The position numbers were made by a program, and so were the translations under genes. Below, one piece after another: positions 44,549-52,800 of a stretch of DNA of 64,000 nucleotides. This stretch comes from an uncultured Candidatus Saccharibacteria bacterium. Lineage in GTDB: Bacteria > Patescibacteriota > Doudnabacteria > UBA920. The stretch spans positions 63,043 through 127,042 of the forward strand of contig CAZRKK010000001.1 of assembly GCA_964600695.1 (NCBI GenBank), written 5' to 3'. How positions within the stretch are numbered: the stretch's first letter is position 1; each line of letters begins with the position of its first letter. Under the pieces are notes generated by a model. The model was not told where the DNA came from. It saw nothing but the letters and a program-made list of their open reading frames with translations, and ran no database searches.

Positions 44549-45376
44549 CTACAAATACTCCCCCAAGAGGAATGCCTCCTCCCCTACTTTATTACGGTTG
44601 TGTGCAAACAAAATGATACTCTTCCGTTCAGCAACCACAGCCAGACTTCCATCATAGCCAATAATTTGACCAGCTTCGACTTCAGTAAAATCTGCCAAAG
44701 GTTTGACCAAACGAAATTTCTTAGTTTTTGTGAGGTACAACTCATACATCTGGATTTGTTCTTTTTTAGAACGATTGAGTCTACCACTGATATGCTGTCT
44801 TGCCTTTAAAAAGGAGAATATGCTTTCCAAGGCAGTGTCAAAAGCTTTATCTGAACCAATAATTCCACACTCCACGCAAATCCCAACCTTTCCAATGGAG
44901 TTCATGTAATAATCTGTTCCGCCAGGTTCTACATCGTCAAAACCATAGACGATGGTTTGAATGGGCAGTACGTCCGTGATTTTTTTTGCGTTCCTTTCAC
45001 ATATAACAAACTCCCTACTTTCTGGATTAGAACTTGCATGGACATCCAATAACACATCACACTGATCAAGATATGTTTTAAGATACAGAGCCCTTTGGAA
45101 TTCGTAACTTCTTAACTCTTGAACTGATAATTGACCAATTGGTCTAAACAACCGGTTTAAGTTCTGCTCAGTTGACCTAACACCTCTAAGGATCGCATTA
45201 GGATTAGCGTAAGCGATCAACAGCCGACCTCTTTCAATTTTGAGTTCAGGAAGAAGATAATCCATTGCCAGTGGTCCACAAGTTTCATTCCCATGAACAC
45301 CAACGAGAACCATGCTAGTACCACCAGGTTCTTCTCCTAAAATTTCAACTACTTCACCGCTAAATTTCTTATTCAT
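44549..45376 (-). CDS. succinylglutamate desuccinylase/aspartoacylase (AstE/AspA) family zinc hydrolase
   Basis: LVGVHGNETCGP (the H-G-N-E zinc motif) plus a downstream His/Glu-containing core. The length is 275 aa. Confidence 0.65.
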   Translation of the reverse strand: MNKKFSGEVVEILGEEPGGTSMVLVGVHGNETCGPLAMDYLLPELKIERGRLLIAYANPNAILRGVRSTEQNLNRLFRPIGQLSVQELRSYEFQRALYLKTYLDQCDVLLDVHASSNPESREFVICERNAKKITDVLPIQTIVYGFDDVEPGGTDYYMNSIGKVGICVECGIIGSDKAFDTALESIFSFLKARQHISGRLNRSKKEQIQMYELYLTKTKKFRLVKPLADFTEVEAGQIIGYDGSLAVVAERKSIILFAHNRNKVGEEAFLLGEYL

Positions 45377-45398
45377 ATCTTACTCCTTTAGAGAAATG

Positions 45399-45426
45399 CG
45401 GCTTATGTTATTTCTAACATAAGCCG
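45399..45426 (-). terminator. perfect 12-bp hairpin CGGCTTATGTTA-TTTC-TAACATAAGCCG between PRTase-domain and AstE-like genes
   Basis: Perfect inverted repeat read from the sequence. Confidence 0.5.
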
Positions 45427-45432
45427 GCTACA

Positions 45433-46395
45433 TCACACTAACTTCAAGAGATCAACAAGAAACTCTCTAATACTCTGATCCATATTTGGCTCTGATCCCA
45501 CCATATACGGAATAGAGTGCAAGGTCGAAAGCTTAGCCAAGTCTGCAACCTTCACAGGGCCAGCTATATCTTCGAGCTTAGAAAACAGATCTATATGCCA
45601 CTCTAAGATAAACCGCGACAGATCATCTACATGCCCAGCCGGAATACTTGCAGAGTCCCCCAGAGCGCCAGTTGGCCTAGGGTAAGGCCTTGAAAAGTAG
45701 AAAGGCTGTCCATTGTGCGAGATAGAAAGCAACTGACCATCGTCAGCTCTAATCGGTTTACCGGTACGGGCAATAAAGTACCTTAGGTCTCGCTCGCAAA
45801 CCCAATCTATTGGCTCATCGAGCGAAATCAATTGGCAGACCTTTACTCCCATTTTACGAAACTTCCTAAAACCTTTTTTCGTCGCAACGGGCACGTAAAT
45901 TACAAACTCCGTTTTCCCTAAGCTTCGAAGCTGTTGAATTACCCACTCCACTGTTCCGCCGCTAAACAATCCGTCATCGGTAATGATGATCTTCTTGTCG
46001 CCAGACAGACGAGCTGCTTCTTGAAGTTGGACCATAGGATCCGGATAACCCGGTCGAGCACAATACGGATCAGCACCTTCTATTTTATTATCAGGTCGAC
46101 AAATCTGTAATTTATAACCATCTTCACCCAACCAATCCTCTTCTAGCGATACAACGTAATATTCCGAGAGATCCAATTCACTCTCCATTTTCTCCACTAG
46201 CCGAGGCTGCAGTTCTGCCAAGTTGATAATCTTCACATCAACATCATCAAACATTTGTTCGATTTTATCTTTGATTAACTGCAAAAAACCGGCCGATTTA
46301 GTGCGAAGGTCATCACAACTCACCCCTAACAAACCAAAATATGGCGCCAAATGGCTCACATCAGAATGCGTCAAAAAATACTCTCTTTTAGCCAT
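45433..46395 (-). CDS. phosphoribosyltransferase (type I PRTase)-domain protein with unassigned N- and C-terminal regions
   Basis: The PRPP-binding motif is KKIIITDDGLFSGGT. The flanking approximately 130-aa and 150-aa regions have no recognisable motifs. Confidence 0.5.
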   Translation of the reverse strand: MAKREYFLTHSDVSHLAPYFGLLGVSCDDLRTKSAGFLQLIKDKIEQMFDDVDVKIINLAELQPRLVEKMESELDLSEYYVVSLEEDWLGEDGYKLQICRPDNKIEGADPYCARPGYPDPMVQLQEAARLSGDKKIIITDDGLFSGGTVEWVIQQLRSLGKTEFVIYVPVATKKGFRKFRKMGVKVCQLISLDEPIDWVCERDLRYFIARTGKPIRADDGQLLSISHNGQPFYFSRPYPRPTGALGDSASIPAGHVDDLSRFILEWHIDLFSKLEDIAGPVKVADLAKLSTLHSIPYMVGSEPNMDQSIREFLVDLLKLV

Positions 46396-46512
46396 ACAAA
46401 CCTCCTATGAACTTTCACTAACTCAAAACTTTATGATGTTGCTTAGACCTATTTTCTACCGCAACCTTCTATCTACCATTTCGGTGATAAACAAAAAGTT
46501 ATTGAAGAAAGT

Positions 46513-46532
46513 GGGGGAATTTTACATCCCCC
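46513..46532 (-). terminator. hairpin GGGGGA...TCCCCC after hisS
   Basis: 6-bp G/C stem immediately past the hisS TGA stop on the minus strand. Confidence 0.45.
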
Positions 46533-46537
46533 TAGTA

Positions 46538-47881
46538 TCAATTATTCACACTATCAGACTGTATAATCTGGATCGCCTCTTGTATACCTAAGGTTAGTTG
46601 ACCATCACCAAATTGACTATTCATTTTTTTTAAAATGACTTTATCATCAGATAATTCAGCCTCACTAATAAGTACCACAAAAGGAATCCCCAAATCATTT
46701 GCATATTTCAGCTGCTTCTTTAGCTTAGCGACTTCAAAATAAACTTCACAGTTTATCCTGCTTTCACGTAACTCATTTGCAACCTCCATGCAACGTTTCC
46801 TAGAAGAATCATCCAACCCGACCACTAAAACACTAGAAATATGTTGTGGTATATTGGGAAGCAATTCCACTTCTTTAAGCTGAGAGAACAACCGAGATAA
46901 ACCGATTGATATCCCAACACCGGGAAGATTCTTGTCAGTATAGTATTTACACAGATCATCATACCGACCACCCGAACAAATACTTCCTACTTTAGGAAAA
47001 TCATCCAAAAGTGTTTCATAAACTGTACCAGTATAATAATCAAGCCCTCGCGCAACGCTTAGATCGATACGTACGAAGTCTGATGGAACACCAAACGACA
47101 ACACCCCATTATAGACTGCTTCTAACTCAGATAGACCATCACGAACTAATTGATTAGAAAATTTCCAATCGGAAAACTTATCCATTAGCTCTGAGTAGTT
47201 ACCTTTAAACGACAAAAGCCTAATTATAAAGTTGGCATCCGTAGTTTCTACACCTAGCCCAACGAGTTGATCTCGAACTTCAGTTTCGCCGATTTTATCC
47301 AGCTTATCGACGATTGTTAAAAACTCTTTCGTCGAACCTTCTTTCGAAATTTCTCCAAATACTCCAGAAATAAACTTTCGGTTATTTAAACCTATAGTAA
47401 ATTTTGGGATTCTAAGCCTTTTGAACACCTCGTAGATCACACTGGGAATCTCTGCGTCAGTCAAAGGATTATTTGTCCCGATCACATCAATGTCGCATTG
47501 ATAAAATTCTCTGTAACGACCCTTTTGAGCCCTTTCACCACGCCAAACTTTTTGCATTTGATAGCGTCTAAAAGGAAAAGTTAACTCATTAAAGTGTTCG
47601 ACAACATATCGAGCCAAAGGCACTGTAAGATCAAAGTGCAGACACATCCCAGTATCACCAGCTCGACTAGAGAGACCGTAGACCTGCTTTTCTGTTTCAC
47701 CACCACCCTTAGCCAGCAGAACTTCCTTAAGCTCTACTGCTGGTGTTTCGATTGGGAGATAACCAAAAAGCTCGAAAATGCTTTTGATCTGCCCAAACAT
47801 CCAGTTGAATATAATTTGATCCTTTGGAAGCAATTCCAAAAAGCCACTCGGGGTGCGAGCTTCTACCTTATTATTACCCAT
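46538..47881 (-). CDS. hisS: histidyl-tRNA synthetase
   Basis: Motif 2 is FRRYQMQKVWRGERAQKGRYREFYQCDIDVIG and motif 3 is GSICSGGRYDDL. A C-terminal anticodon-binding domain follows. The gene ends with TGA. Confidence 0.88.
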   Translation of the reverse strand: MGNNKVEARTPSGFLELLPKDQIIFNWMFGQIKSIFELFGYLPIETPAVELKEVLLAKGGGETEKQVYGLSSRAGDTGMCLHFDLTVPLARYVVEHFNELTFPFRRYQMQKVWRGERAQKGRYREFYQCDIDVIGTNNPLTDAEIPSVIYEVFKRLRIPKFTIGLNNRKFISGVFGEISKEGSTKEFLTIVDKLDKIGETEVRDQLVGLGVETTDANFIIRLLSFKGNYSELMDKFSDWKFSNQLVRDGLSELEAVYNGVLSFGVPSDFVRIDLSVARGLDYYTGTVYETLLDDFPKVGSICSGGRYDDLCKYYTDKNLPGVGISIGLSRLFSQLKEVELLPNIPQHISSVLVVGLDDSSRKRCMEVANELRESRINCEVYFEVAKLKKQLKYANDLGIPFVVLISEAELSDDKVILKKMNSQFGDGQLTLGIQEAIQIIQSDSVNN

Positions 47882-47944
47882 AATTCCTCCTATTTGAGCA
47901 CTAAATCACTTTGAGGGATTTAGCTAATCATCATGCATGAACTA

Positions 47945-47978
47945 AAAAAAGTTGTCAAATGAAATTGACAACTTTTTT
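47945..47978. promoter_or_regulatory. perfect 14-6-14 palindrome AAAAAAGTTGTCAA-ATGAAA-TTGACAACTTTTTT in the divergent hisS / response-regulator promoter region
   Basis: Read directly from the sequence. It contains TTGACA hexamers on both strands. It lies between divergent starts, so a terminator role is unlikely and it is more likely an operator or shared -35 elements. Confidence 0.45.
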
Positions 47979-48027
47979 GGTACTGACTACCTAATTCTGC
48001 TATTTACCACTCCCCCAAGGACTCAAT

Positions 48028-48531
48028 ATGTTCGTTCATGAAAATTATGGTATAATAGACTTAACAAATATGGAAACTACTCCAACCCAACAACCTAATC
48101 AAACTATAGTTATTGTTGAGGATGATGTCGCGATGCGCGAAATTGTTGCTCATAAACTCTCTACCAACGGCTTTTCTGTTAAAGAAGCAGAAGATGGCCA
48201 AGAAGGTATAGACCTTATCATCTCTAGCAAACCCAATTTGGTGTTGTTAGATTTGATGCTACCGGAAGTAGATGGTTTTAAAGTTCTAGAAACAATCCGT
48301 AAGAATCCAGACCCGCAAATTGCCAAAACTCCAATTATTATTTTAAGCAACCTCTGGAGCAACAAAGACATCCTCAAGACTAAGGCACTCAATGTGCAAG
48401 CTTATCTTGTGAAGGCCTATTTTACTACCGAGGAGATTATGAAGAAAGTTCAAGAGGTTCTAGCTAATCCAGAAAAATCTGCCGAGCTATCAGTAAGTAA
48501 CCAAGAAGGTTCACCTACTATTAATCAATAA
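48028..48531 (+). CDS. stand-alone response-regulator receiver (CheY-like) protein
   Basis: IVIVEDD...LVLLDLMLPEVDGF...TPIIILSN...K: receiver Asp pocket, phospho-acceptor D, T and K. There is no output domain. The true start may be the internal Met (METTPTQ). Confidence 0.75.
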   Translation: MFVHENYGIIDLTNMETTPTQQPNQTIVIVEDDVAMREIVAHKLSTNGFSVKEAEDGQEGIDLIISSKPNLVLLDLMLPEVDGFKVLETIRKNPDPQIAKTPIIILSNLWSNKDILKTKALNVQAYLVKAYFTTEEIMKKVQEVLANPEKSAELSVSNQEGSPTINQ

Positions 48532-48544
48532 TTACTGTATAAAA

Positions 48545-48590
48545 TCAAATAAAGGGCCAGGCCAACCACATCGGAAAGCCTAGCCCTTTT
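48545..48590. terminator. hairpin AAAGGGCCAGGC...GCCTAGCCCTTT between response regulator (+) and HU (-)
   Basis: 11-bp stem with one mismatch, then TTTT. Confidence 0.5.
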
Positions 48591-48597
48591 ATTATGA

Positions 48598-48870
48598 TTA
48601 AAGAATAGAATCTTTAGCAGCTTTAGCGACTGTAAATTTAACTACAGTTTTTGCTGGAATAGAAATAGATTCACCAGTTGCAGGGTTACGGCCCATACGA
48701 GCGTCACGGTGCTTCTTCTTAAGCTTACCAAGACCAGGGATAGAAAATTCTCCGCTAGACTTAGTTTCTTTGTAAGCTAATTCGACCATGGCATCCATGA
48801 ATTCGATTACTTCTTTTTTGGTCTTGCCAGTTTTTTCGGCAAGGTGCTGCAAGATTTCTGACTTAGTCAT
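48598..48870 (-). CDS. DNA-binding protein HU/IHF family
   Basis: MTKSEILQHLAEKTGKTKKEVIEFMDAMVE...FSIPGLGKLKKKHRDARMGRNPATGESISIPAKTVVKF. The ATG lies at 48870 with an AAAGGA RBS. The ORF-track start at 48915 is upstream read-through. Confidence 0.85.
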   Translation of the reverse strand: MTKSEILQHLAEKTGKTKKEVIEFMDAMVELAYKETKSSGEFSIPGLGKLKKKHRDARMGRNPATGESISIPAKTVVKFTVAKAAKDSIL

Positions 48871-49003
48871 TCTTGTATTCCTTTTATCTTCGCCCCGCGG
48901 TTGATATAAGACCAACTAGCTTTTCAGCCTGCGCAGTATAAAGATAATTATTTAATTAAATTGCCCGTTCACTGATTCGCTTCAGGGCTCTTATGTATAA
49001 ATT

Positions 49004-49031
49004 AATAGTATCTAAAAACCCTATGTTTTAC
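49004..49031. terminator. hairpin AAAACCCT-ATGTTTTAC-AAGGGTTTT downstream of sortase-like gene
   Basis: Perfect 8-bp stem flanked by A- and T-runs on both strands. Confidence 0.45.
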
Positions 49032-49142
49032 AAGGGTTTTTAAAGATTCGTCAAGGGTTTGTGGGGAAAAGTTCAATGTTTTCGGTACTAGGGTTTTAAA
49101 CAAAGTCAATAAGGGCAAAATTACCGCTTAAATAAGCAAGGT

Positions 49143-49748
49143 TTACTCCTCAACCAACCTCGCCTTAACAATATATCTTTTCAAGGCTGTGCCAATTGGG
49201 TAAGAAGTTTGGAGGGTTAAAATGGCCTTGCCGTTAGTTTCTTGGCTCAGTAAATCTGTACGATTCTTTTCGGCCACAAACTTGTCATACACCTTATATG
49301 TATATTTCGTCCCCTCTTTATCAGAAACAATAATAGGAGCACCGATTTCTATTTGAGGAAGTAATGCAAAAACAGTTTTAAAGTTGCCTTTACTAAAAGC
49401 AAAGTCGGAAGAATGACCAAAGATATATGTATTACCTGCCTGCCCTACCTCTGCTGTTCCAGGGAAAAGCACAACTCCATTAACTAAAGCTGTTTGATAA
49501 GCTGTCTCGTTTGCTTCTGTGACAAACTGAATCGGCGCAACTATGTCTAAACTTTCGATAACTAATTGATTTGGTTCGTACTTAATTGGGTTTTCTTTAC
49601 GAAGTTCTTGACGTTGAACCTCTGTAATAAACACCTTACCTAAATGGAACCGAGCTTGCTTAGTAAAGTAAGTGAAGTTTAACAAACCAAACACTAACAA
49701 TCCTAGCACAACAATAATTAATAAATATTTAATAAATTTAATACCCAT
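49143..49748 (-). CDS. sortase-fold protein lacking the catalytic cysteine (TLQTS instead of TLXTC)
   Basis: An N-terminal TM anchor, the conserved His (YIFGHSS) and Arg (RYIVKARL), and a C-terminal ILTLQTSYPIG. The Ser is encoded by TCT (AGA on the plus strand at 49203-49205). The whole protein contains no Cys. Confidence 0.65.
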   Translation of the reverse strand: MGIKFIKYLLIIVVLGLLVFGLLNFTYFTKQARFHLGKVFITEVQRQELRKENPIKYEPNQLVIESLDIVAPIQFVTEANETAYQTALVNGVVLFPGTAEVGQAGNTYIFGHSSDFAFSKGNFKTVFALLPQIEIGAPIIVSDKEGTKYTYKVYDKFVAEKNRTDLLSQETNGKAILTLQTSYPIGTALKRYIVKARLVEE

Positions 49749-49813
49749 ATTTTTAAGATTAGTAACTAAAAACTACCCGCAGGATAACCTTTGGGTAGTT
49801 TTATTATATCACT

Positions 49814-52800
49814 TTAGTTGTTTTGTTTAGCTATGTATTTTGGTAAAAGAATAATACCAAGAGTAGCTAGCATAACCATTACCACATAAGCAGGAGTTCC
49901 TGTTCGAGGTAACTCTGTAGTAGCACCAAGTACAGTTCCTGTTGTTGGGGTACTTGGGATATTTGTACTATCACCAAGGACTCGTCCAACTGTAGGGTTT
50001 GGTACTTCTGGAGCTGGCCCGCCGCCAGTGCTTCCACCACCGCCAGTGCTTCCACCACCGCCGCCTCGATAGATATTCCCAAAGTCTAGACCAGAAGCAT
50101 CACCAGAATAATTTGGATAAACATCAACTGATGCATTGGCTGTTTTAAACATAAAGTCTGTCCAAGAAGAATCTTTATTAGATTCTAGAGTAACTGCTTC
50201 GCAAGGCCAAATTGCACCACCAATAGCAATGTTGTATTCAGTCAAAACAGGTTCTGTCTCTGCCCAATTAGATTGTAAGACTTCTCTAACTGAGTAACAA
50301 CCAGCTACTAAACCAGTAAATTGATAATTCCCGTTGCTATCAGATATAGTTGAGGTTTCTTCGTTATTTAGAGTATTACTTCCATCCTGGTCAAGGTACA
50401 CAACCCAACCTTCAAGCTCATCTTCTACTTCACCATCATGATCACCATTATTGCTGTTATTATCATGATAAACTGTACCGCTTATCTTGAATCCACCATT
50501 ACCACCACCATCTTCATCATCACGGTTATAGAAGTTTTGACCAGTTTCAATTGAATCAGTAACTAATACTTGATTAGCGCCGTTGTCTGCTGGGGTCATT
50601 TGTGTCCAACCTTCTTGACCAACTTCGCGAACGAAATATGTTCCTGTAGGTAAATCTGCAAATGAATAATTACCATCTTTGTCGGTTTTATCATATGGCT
50701 CATTATCATCAAGTTCACCATTTTTATTTAGGTCCAGATAAATTACCCATCCACCTAATGTGATTGGTGTTAACTCTTCATTGCCAGACTGATATTTATA
50801 CTTTGTTCCTGAGATTCCATTTCCACAAGTTGGGAGTTCTGGCTCATCATTAATAATCTGGGTAAAGATACTAAATAATGATTTACGAACTTTTTCCTCT
50901 TGTCGTTGTACACAAACTTGATGGTTACCAAAATCATTATTGATACTATCTGCGTTAGCAGGGACTACATTTAGACTACCTTCTGGAGCACTTTGTTGCC
51001 ATCCAGTTTGCATACCTTCAACAATAGCAAGATTACCGGTTAGATCAGTCACATCAAAACTATAATTACCGTTGGAATCTGTTGTTGTTGAAGATAAGAC
51101 TTCGAAAATTTCTACATCTAGAGTTCCAGTATTATTACCTGGAGCAATATCATTAATTGCGAAATTAACAGCAGCCCCAGTACCAGTTAATGTTTTCCAA
51201 TAAATATGAGAGCTAGTGTATGGACCCCAGTAAGAAGAGTTGCCATCTATTTGCAGGTCCAATAAGTCTGGACCATATATTTCATAATTCTGAACTAAGT
51301 CAGTCCAATCAGGGTTTAAATTTCGAGATGAATATTGAGCATCGGATAGAATTCCATCGTTAGCGTCATAAGTTCCGGAAGCTTTTACTAAATAGGTAGC
51401 GCCATTGGTTAAAGGCAAGCTATCAACACCTGTAACACTAGTTGAATCAACTTCATACTCTGCTACTTTTTTAGTTAAGTAGATAGTCCAATCTTGAATT
51501 CCATTTTCCCCTTGTTCTCTTTCACCGTCACCATCAAGATCATTCCACTTTGTTCCTGTAGCATGATAAGTAGGCTCTCCTTGGCCAGTTTCATCACCAC
51601 AGTAATTAAAGTCTAGGTTGTAAATTAATCCGGTTGGATTGTTGGTTGGTTGGTATGCCCAGTTCTTTACAGCAAATTTTAGAACATGTGTACCTGGTGT
51701 TAGTGCTAATGGAGAGCTATCAGAAACTACGGCATAATCATTGCTAAATCCTACCTGAACTCCATCTAAGAAAGCAGTTACTTCATTGTCAGCGGTAAAA
51801 TGTAAGATTGCAGGAGAAATGCTTGTTGCCCCGGCAGGAATAGTAAAGGTATGGCTATACAGTCTCCATGTATCAATAGAACCATCCCCACCTGCGCCTG
51901 GTGGATTTGTTGGTTGAGCTGCGCTATTGCTGACCCATACCCCGGACCCCTCTGTTATATCTGGATCATTTTGCGGCCCATCCCATGCACCTGGATGACC
52001 AGTAGGACCAGCTAATACAGCTGGAGCATCAATACCTAATGGGTAATTAGCTTCATCACTTAAATCACTCGGTGCTGTATTTTCCTTTAGACCTTCAAAC
52101 TTAGTAAACATACCACTAGCGATAGCTGGGTCTTGCTCCACACAAGGAGTTAGTGACCCAATATTATACGCGATACAGTAGATATGCTCTGGTTGATTAT
52201 TACCTAAGCTAATATACTCTAGATTATCACCATTTAAAGCGTCGTTAAAACATCGAATTGCGGCAAATTCGTAACCATATTTTTCTTGTTCACTCACCCA
52301 CATTTGCCCGTTAACAATTGCTGACTGCATGGCTGGGTTAAGCGCAGAATCTTCTCCAGAAATAGGAGTTACGAATTCACCATCTTCGGTAGCACCTAGA
52401 ACTTGTGCATCATCACTTGTAAAACTACTCTCATTGGAAACGTTAAACTTCCACCCATCGGCACGAACACAATTAGAGTCCTTGCCAGGGATTTCACTTG
52501 GATTTACCAGACCATTCACTAAAGGTGATGGTAAGAACATCCCGTTATTATAGTTATTAAAGTAAACATAATTACCATTGGTTTCATCAGCAGAGCTTCC
52601 AGACTCGTTCCCTGCAACATCACCATATTCTTCACAGACGACTTTGATTAAATGAAGTTTAGGAATCGGTCGATCACAACCATTTTCACTACATTGGTTC
52701 ACGAGTGTAAATGATTCATTTTGAGTATCAACCATTTTAGTTTCATTCTTTCCAGAAATATTGGTCCAGCCATCCTTCATGATTTCATCTAGTTTATATG

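Noticed and set aside
48871-48915. Longer HU ORF starting MVLYQPRGED (48915)
   Set aside because: HU-family alignment begins at MTKSEIL (48870), which has an AAAGGA RBS. The upstream 15 codons are read-through of the leader.
49021-49108. Four (C/T)AAGGGTTT-like repeats downstream of the sortase gene, considered as iterons or regulator sites
   Set aside because: The first copy is simply the 3' arm of the terminator hairpin. Spacing is irregular (21/36/22 nt) and the copies are degenerate, so there is insufficient evidence.
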